Source: a virus (Duplodnaviria; Caudoviricetes). From it: a DNA stretch of 64,000 nt. The position numbers and the translations under genes are program-made. This document shows, one piece after another, positions 46,197 through 56,573 of this stretch (the stretch's first letter is position 1; each line of letters opens with the position of its first letter). The notes under the pieces are model-generated. The model was not told the DNA's origin. It was given only the letters and a program-made list of their open reading frames with translations, and ran no database searches. The stretch lies in IMG/VR virus record IMGVR_UViG_3300036770_008730; one strand, written 5' to 3'.

Positions 46197-46967
46197 TTAT
46201 CCGTTGTAGTAGTAATTGAAGTCCTCTTCAATATACCATTCGATTGAAGCCTCTACTTCTCCCCAATCTATAGTAAAGGTTTTTGATTCATTATCATATT
46301 CACCAATTCCATAGATGTCATCTTCAGTGACAAATCCAACCATGATTATATCTTCTTGAATATTGTAATCTAAATACTTTTGTAAGTTTATACCAGTGCC
46401 AGTAACAGTTTGTCTTTTGTAATAATCTGTGAGTTGTTTTATACCTCTTTGGAATTCTGGTGTAAATTTTGATTTATTTAAATAATCGGAATATACTTTA
46501 TCTAATTCTTCCTTTTTGATAGTATCTGATTCAAACTGAATATCGAATCTATATTTGATTAGTTCATTTGATACCGTGCTTAAGTAATCGTTCTTTTTGA
46601 GTTTTATTCCTTTTTCAGAAACTCTACTAATCATAGGTTCAATAGAACCAATTATCATTGATAGCTTAGATTGTATTTGTTTGAATTGTTCGAACGTTCC
46701 GTTTTTTTCGGATAAGAATTGAATTGATATGCCATATTCAATTTTATATTGTTTATCTTTTTCTAAATCTACATTAATAATGTGTCCTCTTTCATCAACA
46801 ATATGACAACTTTTTGTGATTTCGAAATCTTTGTCATCTATTATATCCCATAAACTATCTTCAAATTCTGACCAATCTAAAGATTTAGACTTAATAAAAT
46901 CGTTTAATTCTCTGGATATACCAAATGATTCATTAATAAAAAAGTTTTCAAATCTTTTAATTTTCAT
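46197..46967 (-). CDS. Putative head-internal protein
   Basis: MKIKRFENFFINE leader directly after TAATATATAC (46971-46980). Confidence 0.6.
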   Translation of the reverse strand: MKIKRFENFFINESFGISRELNDFIKSKSLDWSEFEDSLWDIIDDKDFEITKSCHIVDERGHIINVDLEKDKQYKIEYGISIQFLSEKNGTFEQFKQIQSKLSMIIGSIEPMISRVSEKGIKLKKNDYLSTVSNELIKYRFDIQFESDTIKKEELDKVYSDYLNKSKFTPEFQRGIKQLTDYYKRQTVTGTGINLQKYLDYNIQEDIIMVGFVTEDDIYGIGEYDNESKTFTIDWGEVEASIEWYIEEDFNYYYNG

Positions 46968-46982
46968 AGAGTATATATTAAA

Positions 46983-47753
46983 TTACTTCCAAATTTTTTC
47001 AAGATTAATCTTTGAATTAATGTCTATAACTTTGTTTCCTTTTCTAAGAGTATATCTTTGTATAGGTGATAATCTTTTAACTATATTTGATACTTTTTTG
47101 ATTTCTGATTTATCCATATCATAATTAAATATTTGAATTAGATTTTCAATTTCACTAAAAGAAACTTGATTTTTTTGACCTAGAAAATAAGTAAAGTTAT
47201 AATTAAGATCATTATATTTTATTGCATCTGGATCTGTTGATTTACTAATCAAAAAATTAGTAAGACAGTTTTCGATGCCTATAGTTGGAAGAGTATATTT
47301 ATAACCATCTATTTTTATGTTTTTTTCTGATTTATCATATGATATTTTCAATTCTTCATCAAAAGTAAAATAGTTAAAGTGCTTAGGACTAAACTCTATA
47401 ATCTCTTCTTTACCATTTTCTTCATCGAAGTAATTTAATGATACAATCTTTCCTTTAGTGAAGTGTACTATTTCAAAAAAAATGAAAATTACATCGATGC
47501 TTTTTATATCACTGAAAGTATATCCATTAGAGAGTATTGTATTTTTCTCAACTACACTTTTCAATTTTTCAATTATTAGACCTAAGTTATCTCTAACATA
47601 TCCATACTCATATTCAATAATATCTTGTATATCGGCTTTCTTTATGAAAATTTCAAAGTCATCTTTGTAAAAAAGTCCTTGTGATGGAAGATTTTTAACA
47701 TCTAGTTTCTTCTGTATATTTAGTAAACCTTTAATTATATTAAGTAAATTCAT
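46983..47753 (-). CDS. Baseplate hub / tail assembly protein-like (T4 gp26-type)
   Basis: LPSQGLFY near the N-terminus and YKYTLPTIG later; probable start MNLLN at 47753. Confidence 0.5.
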   Translation of the reverse strand: MNLLNIIKGLLNIQKKLDVKNLPSQGLFYKDDFEIFIKKADIQDIIEYEYGYVRDNLGLIIEKLKSVVEKNTILSNGYTFSDIKSIDVIFIFFEIVHFTKGKIVSLNYFDEENGKEEIIEFSPKHFNYFTFDEELKISYDKSEKNIKIDGYKYTLPTIGIENCLTNFLISKSTDPDAIKYNDLNYNFTYFLGQKNQVSFSEIENLIQIFNYDMDKSEIKKVSNIVKRLSPIQRYTLRKGNKVIDINSKINLEKIWK

Positions 47754-47820
47754 ATGTAAATTAAATTTATATTTATATATTATTTTCCTATAAACGCTCA
47801 TGACATTTATATATAATATA

Positions 47821-48546
47821 ATGTTATTAAACGGTGATTGTTTTGAATACCTTAAAACTATAGAGTCTTCTTCTGTTGATTTGGTTTTAGTAGATCCGCC
47901 ATATGTTATTTCGAAAAAATCGTATTTTACGAAGCATTCATCTAGTGCCTCAAAAGAGATGGTTACTAAATATAACTTTTCTATTGATTTTGGAGATTGG
48001 GATAAACAAGAAATAGATTTAGATTCACTTTTTAGTGAGTATAACAGAGTGCTGAAGGATGGTGGTAGTCTAATAATATTCTATGATGTTTGGAAATCAT
48101 CAAAGATAAAACTATTTGCTGATAAGTATAAATTTAACCAGCCTCGTGTTGGTCAGTGGCAAAAAACAAATCCTGTTCCTATAAATTCAAAAGTAAATTA
48201 TCTTTCTAATTCAATAGAGTTCTTTTTTTCATTTGTTAAAGGTAAGAAACCCACATTCAATAGTTCCTATGACAATGGTGTTTATAAATATCCAATTTGT
48301 CATGGTGGTGAAAGAACAGAACATCCAACTCAAAAGCCTCTATCACTAATTAAAGATTTGGTGGAAAAACATTCAAATCCAGGAGACTTGATTTTAGATA
48401 CATTTGCTGGTTCTGGTACTACAGGAGAAGCTTGTACACTATTAAATAGAAAGTATATTTTAATCGAAAAGGATGAAAAATATTTCAAAATTTTAAAAAA
48501 TCGAATTGAAAATTTATCAACAAAATCAAATATAGATAATATATAA
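47821..48546 (+). CDS. Orphan DNA N6-A/N4-C methyltransferase (beta class)
   Basis: GDC, VDPPY, HPTQKP, DTFAGSGTTG; no adjacent restriction endonuclease. Confidence 0.92.
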   Translation: MLLNGDCFEYLKTIESSSVDLVLVDPPYVISKKSYFTKHSSSASKEMVTKYNFSIDFGDWDKQEIDLDSLFSEYNRVLKDGGSLIIFYDVWKSSKIKLFADKYKFNQPRVGQWQKTNPVPINSKVNYLSNSIEFFFSFVKGKKPTFNSSYDNGVYKYPICHGGERTEHPTQKPLSLIKDLVEKHSNPGDLILDTFAGSGTTGEACTLLNRKYILIEKDEKYFKILKNRIENLSTKSNIDNI

Positions 48547-48565
48547 AAAAAAATAAAACTGTAAT

Positions 48566-48967
48566 ATGAGTATTAGAGTCAAAAATTCACAATTGACAAC
48601 TGACGCAATTCAATCAATAAATAATTTATTGGATTTGAATATAAATGCCACTGCTGCGTTTAGATTAACAAGAATAATAAAAGAATTATCTTCTATAGTT
48701 GAAGATAAGGTAAAAATGGAAAGAAGAATCTTAGATAAATATGTCGAGAAAGATGAATCTGGTAACCCCGTAAAGCCAAAAGATGAGAATGGAAATGAAA
48801 TTTCCGATTCTGTTAATATTCTAAATATGGATGAGTTCACAAAAGAAATGTCTCAATTAATGGAATTAGAAAATGAAATTGGATATGATCCTATCAAATT
48901 TGAGGACCTTCAATTAGAAACTGCAAAAGTTAAAGATTTAATGAAAATAGAATTTTTATTTGTATAA
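48566..48967 (+). CDS. Hypothetical protein
   Basis: 133 aa after TAATATATAA (48537-48546). Confidence 0.65.
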   Translation: MSIRVKNSQLTTDAIQSINNLLDLNINATAAFRLTRIIKELSSIVEDKVKMERRILDKYVEKDESGNPVKPKDENGNEISDSVNILNMDEFTKEMSQLMELENEIGYDPIKFEDLQLETAKVKDLMKIEFLFV

Positions 48968-48984
48968 ATAAAAAACAATTTTTG

Positions 48985-49010
48985 AAAAGTCCGATTTTAT
49001 CGGACTTTTT
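48985..49010 (+). terminator. Intrinsic terminator
   Basis: aaaagtccgat-ttt-atcggactttt. Confidence 0.85.
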
Positions 49011-49070
49011 AGTTTTAAAATTAACAGAATGGTTATCAAAATTAATATATACTAAAAATTTACAGATTAG

Positions 49071-50750
49071 ATGCCAGGAACATTTAGTTTAAATATAGGT
49101 CAGCCTACAGAATCTTCAAGGAAGCAAACAATTTTTAGTGTTCTTCAGGATTTACCAAATAATACTCAAAAGTTAATTTCTCCAAAAGATGTTAGAGATG
49201 CTTTTTTATCTACTTGGTCAAATTCATCATTTAGAGTAACTACACCAGGCGTCTTATCGACCTCTGAATACATTGGGATTGATAGTGGTGATCCTTCCAA
49301 CAGAGACATAAAAAATAAGATTTTTATAGGTAAGAGAAGTTATGGTAATCTTGATATCATGACAAATACTCTACTAAATTCTGATACAGATATTTTCTTT
49401 TTTAACACAAAAGAAGATACTGCTACTCAGAGTTCAACAAAGTTGTCAATTTTAGCTGGAACTAATTCAGCTCTTTATTCTACCGCACCTTATATAGAAA
49501 GTGTAGTAAACTCATCAAATACAGGATTTGATTTGAATATTAAAAATCCATCTTTCTTTGATGGTCCTATAAATGTAACAAGTTTATCTGGAAGGGTATC
49601 TATAAATGGCATAGCTTTTCCAACTTTATCCGAGACTTCGGCTAGTGCATCTAATGGACTTATTTTAAGATATTTTGGTACCTATCCTAATGGTTATCTA
49701 CAATGGGAATTACCTACAGTTAGTGTGAGTAGTATAGGTGTTACTGGACTTCCAACTAATATTTATGGAAGTACTGTGAGTGTTAATGGATATCCTATTG
49801 AATTTATCGAAAATAATATAGTACCTATTACCTTAGGTGGTGTGACTCAAGGAGCTTCTTTTCCAGCTACCTCTTTTTATAATGGTTCTTCTTATCAGAA
49901 TTGGCCAATTGTAGAAGTTATTAGAAATATTCTATATCCTTATATTGAGCCCGATTTAACTCTTAATATTGATATTAATAATAGTGGTTCTATATATGCT
50001 GAAGTTGGAACAACTCCATCTATAACTATTACTTATTCGGTTACTCATTATGCTAGACAATCATCTGAAAATATTAGTTCTTTTATAATATCATCTAATA
50101 CTTCTGTTATTGAGGGAACAACCTACTCTGGTTCACCAACATTAAGCTTTGGTGGTATTCCAGGATCTTATTTTCATGGAACTGCTAGTGCGGCAACATA
50201 TAGTAGTGTTACCGGAACCACTGTTAGCTTTTACTCTTTTGCATCTAACTATTCTTCTGTTACTTTAGCTGGTTTCCCTTTATATTTTTCTTTTAGCGCA
50301 ACTGCTAGTATGAGATTTGTTAGCCCTGTTGTTGGTGGTTTTATATCTGGTAATACATTGAATTTTGATTTACAAACTTCTGGAAATACTAATACTCGAG
50401 AAAGTGTCGCTGCTTTAGTATATGGTCAAACTGTTTCAGTTAATAAGGCAATACTGCCATATCCTGGAGTATCTCAATCTATATTTGTATCAGCTACTGG
50501 TATCGGATACTTATATTTTGCAGTTCCTGGAGTTACGGAATATAATTTAGGTATACTTTCACAGATAAAAGATCCAAATGGGTATATTGTTCATGATTAT
50601 CAAAGTTATTCTTATTCAGCATTTACTTTTTCAAACAACGCAATATTACCTATAAGTCCATTTGATTATTACTCATCGTACAGAGTTTATAAAACTTATG
50701 CAACATGTAGTTATTATGGAGGAGGAAGTTTTGAATTAATATTTACATAA
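49071..50750 (+). CDS. Virion structural (tail/baseplate appendage) protein, paralog A
   Basis: Ser/Thr/Gly-rich beta-type composition; TAATATATAC upstream; paralogous to 50750..52243. Confidence 0.6.
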   Translation: MPGTFSLNIGQPTESSRKQTIFSVLQDLPNNTQKLISPKDVRDAFLSTWSNSSFRVTTPGVLSTSEYIGIDSGDPSNRDIKNKIFIGKRSYGNLDIMTNTLLNSDTDIFFFNTKEDTATQSSTKLSILAGTNSALYSTAPYIESVVNSSNTGFDLNIKNPSFFDGPINVTSLSGRVSINGIAFPTLSETSASASNGLILRYFGTYPNGYLQWELPTVSVSSIGVTGLPTNIYGSTVSVNGYPIEFIENNIVPITLGGVTQGASFPATSFYNGSSYQNWPIVEVIRNILYPYIEPDLTLNIDINNSGSIYAEVGTTPSITITYSVTHYARQSSENISSFIISSNTSVIEGTTYSGSPTLSFGGIPGSYFHGTASAATYSSVTGTTVSFYSFASNYSSVTLAGFPLYFSFSATASMRFVSPVVGGFISGNTLNFDLQTSGNTNTRESVAALVYGQTVSVNKAILPYPGVSQSIFVSATGIGYLYFAVPGVTEYNLGILSQIKDPNGYIVHDYQSYSYSAFTFSNNAILPISPFDYYSSYRVYKTYATCSYYGGGSFELIFT

Positions 50751-52243
50751 TGGCTACTTTTAGTTTAAACATAGGTCTGAGTACAGAAGCAACAGCTTAT
50801 CCGTTAGTATCTTATGCTGATGTGGATAACTTTTTTTATAGACTCATTGATAATGAAACTAAATTAATAAACCCTGTTGATTTGAGAGATTGTATTCTAT
50901 CTTTATATTCATCTTCTGGTTTCAAAGTTACTGATACCGCAGTCTCAACAAAAAAATACATAGGAATTGATACATTGAATCCATCAGATAGAGATGTGAA
51001 AAGGTTAATTTATTTAGGTAAAAGATCTTTTTCAGGTACATATTCTTATACGAGTTCAGATGATATATTATCAACTTTTTCTTATTCTACTACCGAAACG
51101 GATATTTACTTTTTTAACACTAAAAGAGATACTATAGATAATAATGAAACAAAGATTAGCATAATTGCTGGAACCTCACTTGGTTTGCATACCAATTCTG
51201 CCTATATCAGAACACAAAAAGTGACTTCTACATCTTCATTGTCTTTTGATTTTGTTAATCCATCTATTAATGGAAATATTGATATAAGAAGTGATTATGC
51301 CACTGTTTCTTTTAATGATATAGTTTTCCCCACAATAACTGAGTCCTTTGGATCTGCTTCTAATTTGAAAACATTCAAATGGGACAATGGTAAACTAATT
51401 TGGGATGATATCACTTATAATAATGTTGGATATATTGGTATGACCGGTGTCGACTTACAAATTTATGGACAACCTGTTAATATAAATGGATTTCCTTTAG
51501 AATTAACTGATAGTAGAAAAATGCCTATAAAGTTCAATGATATGATTCTTGGAACAACATTTAGTCAAGAACCTATAACCGATGTAATAAAAAAACTACT
51601 CTATCCTTATCTACCACCATTGTGTAGTATAAGTATACAATCTCCTTATAGCCAAGGCTTTAGTGAGGTCGGCACATCTCCTGTTCCAATTGTTCAATTT
51701 AGTATCACTAAGAGAACTTTACCAACATCGACCGCTACTCTTATCAATATGATTCCTGGTATTTACCCAAGTATTACTACTTTGGGTCAGGTAACACAAA
51801 CAAGTACTTCTACAGGAGTTGTTATTACTCCTATCACCACTGCAATAACTACATTTCAGATTAGTGTAAATGATGGTACTCAATCAGCCACCGCTAGTAC
51901 GACTATACAAGGTGTCTATCCTTATTTTTATGGGTTCAGTTCACTTTCTACTATGACTACTATTGGACTTTCTTCTCTAACTAAGTCTGTAGAAAAAAAA
52001 TCTGATAAGAATTTTGCAGTAACTGGAAATGGTAATTTATATTTTATATATGATTCTGTTTATGGAACGCTCTCAAATATATATGATTGGTTAGGAAATA
52101 CGGCATCAGCATCATTTTCACATTCTACACAAGTATTTTCTTCACCAAGTGGACTATGGGCGGCTAAGCAGTTTCATGTTTATAAATGGTCTGGTTCTCC
52201 TCAGATTGGTCCACCTGCATTAAATTTTTATTTACAGTACTAA
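50750..52243 (+). CDS. Virion structural (tail/baseplate appendage) protein, paralog B
   Basis: Shares TFSLNIG..TE, LI.P.D.RD..LS, YIGID..PS.RD.K..I..GKRS, LYPY..P with paralog A. Confidence 0.6.
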   Translation: MATFSLNIGLSTEATAYPLVSYADVDNFFYRLIDNETKLINPVDLRDCILSLYSSSGFKVTDTAVSTKKYIGIDTLNPSDRDVKRLIYLGKRSFSGTYSYTSSDDILSTFSYSTTETDIYFFNTKRDTIDNNETKISIIAGTSLGLHTNSAYIRTQKVTSTSSLSFDFVNPSINGNIDIRSDYATVSFNDIVFPTITESFGSASNLKTFKWDNGKLIWDDITYNNVGYIGMTGVDLQIYGQPVNINGFPLELTDSRKMPIKFNDMILGTTFSQEPITDVIKKLLYPYLPPLCSISIQSPYSQGFSEVGTSPVPIVQFSITKRTLPTSTATLINMIPGIYPSITTLGQVTQTSTSTGVVITPITTAITTFQISVNDGTQSATASTTIQGVYPYFYGFSSLSTMTTIGLSSLTKSVEKKSDKNFAVTGNGNLYFIYDSVYGTLSNIYDWLGNTASASFSHSTQVFSSPSGLWAAKQFHVYKWSGSPQIGPPALNFYLQY

Positions 52244-52261
52244 AAAAATTATATATAGTTT

Positions 52262-54502
52262 ATGCCAATACAACTGATAGAAAATTTCGAGTTAAGTGTT
52301 CCAAAACCAATTGATAACAGAATTGTTGTTGGTCCTGGTTTTACATATACTGATAAAAATTCTATACCACTTCCTTATGTAGGTATGAGGATATTTGACA
52401 CTAATGATAGTTACCCCTATCTTTGGACAGGCTCTACTTGGTCTTTTGAGACTAATAGAGTTAATGTTACACATAATATAACTAGTAACTCTGATCATTT
52501 TATAAATTTTGTTTCGGCAACTGGATCACCTCAACTTTTACAGTCTAATCAAACTCTTAGATTTCATCCACTCAGAGGTCAAATTACAGCTGGTCCTGGT
52601 TCAGCTATATATCCAACCTATGGATTCACTTCTTCTAATTCATCTCAATTTATGGGTATGTGGAAAGTTTCATCAAATATTATTGGATTTTCTATTTCAC
52701 GAATATCTGGTACTGACTTTCAAATATCATCAACTGGTATCACAGCTTCTCAAAGATTTAACGTTGCTAATGATATACCAGGTTCTTTCACATTTGGTCA
52801 GGGAACAGCAAGATTTGGTAGATTGACCGGTACAACTTTTCCAAGTATAGAGTTTTACGCGACTTCTCCTAATACAGCTCTTAGAGTTTATAACTTGTCA
52901 CCAGTTAACATTGAAGCTACTAGATCTGGTGGATTGCCAGGTTATTCAAACGCCACAACTGCAACTACTGGTTTAAGTTTAGAAAACTGGACAAACTATT
53001 CTGTTTTAGCTGTCAGAGATCAACATTATATAAATACAGAATCACGTCGAGGTATATTGAGTATTGGAAATGCGGGAAATAATGACCAATTCGTATTCTT
53101 TATGAGGGATCATAGTATTGCTTCATCAAATTCATCATTTGATTATGATGGTGGTGGTCTTATCATTCAAAGAAATCTTTCAGTAAGTGGTGGTACAAGA
53201 CTTTCAGGAACTGTAAGTGTATTGTCAAATGTCACAATTAGTAAAGATGTTGCTGGTGACTACTACGGACTGGCAATTAAAAACTCATCAACTGCTGCTA
53301 CTTCTACTAAAACATCAATTTTATCTTTTTGGGGTAAAAGTACCACCGGTGTGGATCAAAGGGTTGTTGATATATATGCTCAATGTAGACCATTAAGTGG
53401 TCCAATTAATATAGGTGAATGGGCAAAATCCTCGCTAGTATTTCAAGTTATTCCGAGAGATTCATCTGGATCGACAATTAATATTGGTGGTGTTTCTGGT
53501 TGGAATGCGCACACTATTGAACTCAGAGAAGATGGTCAAGTTTATATGGGTCCAAATGTGGGATCTGGTGCCGCACCAACTACTATTATTGGTTCTTCTC
53601 CTCTATTTCCTAACTCGCTTCCTAGATTAGATATTGCTACTGGATTATCTTCCGGTGCTTATAATGATTGTATAGTATTTAGACAACCAGCTATTAGTGT
53701 TTCAGCAGTCACTAGAAGAATTGGTTTGTTAATGAAGTTGAGTGGTGAGAGTAACTCGACCGAATCTTTAAAAAGTGGTGGCATGATGGTAGAGTCGAGT
53801 GAGGGCGCTGCTAATTTCCCAAGTCTTTTTCTAGTAACTTCTGATGAAAAAAGACTTGAGATAGATGCTACTCAATATGGTGGAAACTTTATATTCAATA
53901 ATCCTACAAATAGTATTTTTAACGGTTCTACTGCAAAAATACCTGGCAAAAAGGTAATTATATCAAATAATGATATAATTACTGATATTCACAATAAAGG
54001 AACCAATGGTATAGGTGATTCCGGTAATCAAGTATCTCCTTGGGCATATCCCTCTATCGCCTCTGGTCAATTATCAGTTCCAGATGTCATTTATGATAGC
54101 GTTAATATTTCACTTAGCTCTTTACAAATTAAACCTTTAATATGGATGAGAGTCGGAAATGTTGTTAGTGTATCTGGTTCAGTTAGAATTAATATATCGG
54201 TTGCAAATGCAATAACGGAATTTAAATTACCACTACCTCTTCTAAGTAATTTTGGTTTTGGAGCTGGTAATGCCAATAATTGGCAGTTAAATGGTATTGG
54301 TAAAACTGTTGATAAGTTTGGATCAGCAACATCTCCCTCTGGTGATGTTGTTACTATTCAGGCTTATGGCTCTCCCGGATTTGCACATTTCAAATTTAAG
54401 GCAAGTTCTACCGGAGTTCAAACAATTGTATATAACTATCAGTATGTTATGGGTAACTATCCTAATGGTGCTGTTCCAGATCCACCTTCTCCAACAGATT
54501 AG
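52262..54502 (+). CDS. Tail fibre / receptor-binding-like protein
   Basis: N-terminal PKPIDNRIVV..YVGMRIF domain, Gly/Ser/Thr-rich repeats, C-terminal WMRVGNVVSVSG beta domain. Confidence 0.6.
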   Translation: MPIQLIENFELSVPKPIDNRIVVGPGFTYTDKNSIPLPYVGMRIFDTNDSYPYLWTGSTWSFETNRVNVTHNITSNSDHFINFVSATGSPQLLQSNQTLRFHPLRGQITAGPGSAIYPTYGFTSSNSSQFMGMWKVSSNIIGFSISRISGTDFQISSTGITASQRFNVANDIPGSFTFGQGTARFGRLTGTTFPSIEFYATSPNTALRVYNLSPVNIEATRSGGLPGYSNATTATTGLSLENWTNYSVLAVRDQHYINTESRRGILSIGNAGNNDQFVFFMRDHSIASSNSSFDYDGGGLIIQRNLSVSGGTRLSGTVSVLSNVTISKDVAGDYYGLAIKNSSTAATSTKTSILSFWGKSTTGVDQRVVDIYAQCRPLSGPINIGEWAKSSLVFQVIPRDSSGSTINIGGVSGWNAHTIELREDGQVYMGPNVGSGAAPTTIIGSSPLFPNSLPRLDIATGLSSGAYNDCIVFRQPAISVSAVTRRIGLLMKLSGESNSTESLKSGGMMVESSEGAANFPSLFLVTSDEKRLEIDATQYGGNFIFNNPTNSIFNGSTAKIPGKKVIISNNDIITDIHNKGTNGIGDSGNQVSPWAYPSIASGQLSVPDVIYDSVNISLSSLQIKPLIWMRVGNVVSVSGSVRINISVANAITEFKLPLPLLSNFGFGAGNANNWQLNGIGKTVDKFGSATSPSGDVVTIQAYGSPGFAHFKFKASSTGVQTIVYNYQYVMGNYPNGAVPDPPSPTD

Positions 54503-54577
54503 TGATTCTTCAAATTTATAATTTTAATTCTATCTTGATAGTATTTAGAATCATAATTACTGGAAATTAATGCATTT

Positions 54578-55255
54578 TTAATTTATTTTCTCAAACCACC
54601 AATTGAAATAAATATAGTTATCTCCTACAAGATTACAATAATCTTCTCCTATTTTGATAATTAGTTTGTCAGAGTGTGATCTTACCAATTCTATTTCGAT
54701 TCCTTTTGTTATTTTGTGCATTTTTCCAGTTTCTACAGAATAACAAACTACTTCATCGTTTATTAATTTATAAATTCCTGGTTCTGGTTTTAACCATTGT
54801 TTAATGGTTTTGATTATGAGTCCTTTTATTTTTACAACCCATTCCTTTGCTTGATATAATTCATGGTCTTTGAATACCTCAGATTTTAATTCTGGTGAGT
54901 TCATTATATTCTTTACTACTCCGAAATACTCTGTATCTGAAATAATGAAACTTATATAGACATCGTAATTAATGTTATTTGATTTTATAATTCTTAGAAC
55001 TTTTAAATTTTTAATATCTTGTTCTTCTAATGCTATTTTACTTCTTAATTTGCTATATGCAGAAGTTCCTTTAAGATTATAAAGGATATCATTTATTCTG
55101 GACATAGCAGCTCTTATCTTATCCTGGTGCTTATCAAATGCATCTATTGATAATTTTGGATCATCTACATGTACTGATGCCCTTGCTGAGTCTGGATTTA
55201 ATCTTTGAAGATTGAATTCAGTAAATTCTAGAATTAATCTATTCTTCTGTTTCAT
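54578..55255 (-). CDS. Hypothetical protein, possible head-internal
   Basis: MKQKNRLILEFTEFNL weak leader match; TATATA cluster upstream. Confidence 0.55.
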   Translation of the reverse strand: MKQKNRLILEFTEFNLQRLNPDSARASVHVDDPKLSIDAFDKHQDKIRAAMSRINDILYNLKGTSAYSKLRSKIALEEQDIKNLKVLRIIKSNNINYDVYISFIISDTEYFGVVKNIMNSPELKSEVFKDHELYQAKEWVVKIKGLIIKTIKQWLKPEPGIYKLINDEVVCYSVETGKMHKITKGIEIELVRSHSDKLIIKIGEDYCNLVGDNYIYFNWWFEKIN

Positions 55256-55291
55256 ATATAAATATATATATTAAAATCATAAATTAGTATT

Positions 55292-55624
55292 ATGAAAATT
55301 AAAAGATTTAATGAATCCGAAGAAGTAACAATTAGTAATAAATCTGTTCAAGATTTAGTAAAAAGATTAGGTGAGTTTTCATCTCAGATTTCTGAAAACT
55401 TAAAAATGGTAGAGTCATTACATAATGAACTTAATAATTATAAATCACTTTCAACAAAATCAAATAATCAGATAGATGATTCAATCTCATTGTCTCAGTT
55501 GCTACAAACTTCTATAAATGATTGCAAAGACTACGCTGATAAAATTATTGAAAATCTTAACTCTTATACTCAAGAGGGAAGTCAATATCTATATACTAAA
55601 AGTAAAAAAACATCTGAAGAATGA
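55292..55624 (+). CDS. Putative head-internal coiled-coil protein
   Basis: MKIKRFNESEE leader. Confidence 0.6.
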   Translation: MKIKRFNESEEVTISNKSVQDLVKRLGEFSSQISENLKMVESLHNELNNYKSLSTKSNNQIDDSISLSQLLQTSINDCKDYADKIIENLNSYTQEGSQYLYTKSKKTSEE

Positions 55625-56442
55625 AAATAAAAGAATCTTTAAGAGATAGAATAGTCAATACTTTTCTTTATTGTTTAAATTGGACAAGATTCAAATTATT
55701 TAGAATAAAGAAATTTGGAGAACAAGAACCGAAAACTTATAAAATGAATCTTGTTTTCTATGATAATTTCAAAAAATTTGATAATAAAAATTGGAGAATA
55801 GGTCAGCCTTGGGGTCTTTTTCATCCTGAATATCCCTATCAGTATTACTCAAAAGACGCTGTTAGTGTGAAAGATAATTCTTTAGTTCTAAGTCAATTTT
55901 ATTCACCTAAAAAATTAACATTTCAAGATAATCAACAAGTATTTGATATACCCCAAGCGGTTGGACTTGTAACTAGTTATGAATCTTTTGGTTATGGATT
56001 TTATAAGTTTGAATGTAAATTACCAAAAGGTATTGGCCTTTGGCCAGCAATTTGGCTGAGCTGTGATAAAACTTGGCCACCAGAGATTGATATATTAGAA
56101 GCATATTCTAATGAAAATGGTGATTATAAAAATCATTTGCAATCTAACTTTCATTATGATTTTGACAAAAATAAAAAACAAGCTGGTGCTAGAAACCACA
56201 CAGTTTATTCAAACAATGATATTCTTAGTTTAGGTTGTCATTTTACAAAAGATTTTATTAAAATATACTATAATGGTTATTTGGTTAGACAAATCACCAA
56301 TGATGAAATCTTAGACTTCTTTAGAGATAAGAAAATGATAATAATCTTAAACAACGCTATAAGAGCTGAATATAAAGATAAGACAGAATTAGTAAGTCAA
56401 ACTTCTAATTTTTATATTTACAATATAAGTTACTGGCAATGA
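55621..56442 (+). CDS. Glycoside hydrolase family 16
   Basis: FGYGFY.FECKLP.G.GLWPAIWL and catalytic EIDILE. Confidence 0.88.
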   Translation: MKIKESLRDRIVNTFLYCLNWTRFKLFRIKKFGEQEPKTYKMNLVFYDNFKKFDNKNWRIGQPWGLFHPEYPYQYYSKDAVSVKDNSLVLSQFYSPKKLTFQDNQQVFDIPQAVGLVTSYESFGYGFYKFECKLPKGIGLWPAIWLSCDKTWPPEIDILEAYSNENGDYKNHLQSNFHYDFDKNKKQAGARNHTVYSNNDILSLGCHFTKDFIKIYYNGYLVRQITNDEILDFFRDKKMIIILNNAIRAEYKDKTELVSQTSNFYIYNISYWQ

Positions 56443-56573
56443 TTTGGGAAAAGATATCAGAAGAAACAAAAAACAAAATATTAAATTCTCTTAAGAAATT
56501 TTCTATCGATAAAGCTATCAGAAAAAGTAAGCGAATATTTAAAATTAAAAGACTTTTCAATGTTGTTGGGTAG
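56439..56573 (+). CDS. 44-aa microprotein absent from the ORF track, with RxxKI motif
   Basis: ATGA overlap with the GH16 stop; MIWEKISEETKNKILNSLKKFSIDKAIRKSKRIFKIKRLFNVVG; overlaps the next start. Confidence 0.55.
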   Translation: MIWEKISEETKNKILNSLKKFSIDKAIRKSKRIFKIKRLFNVVG

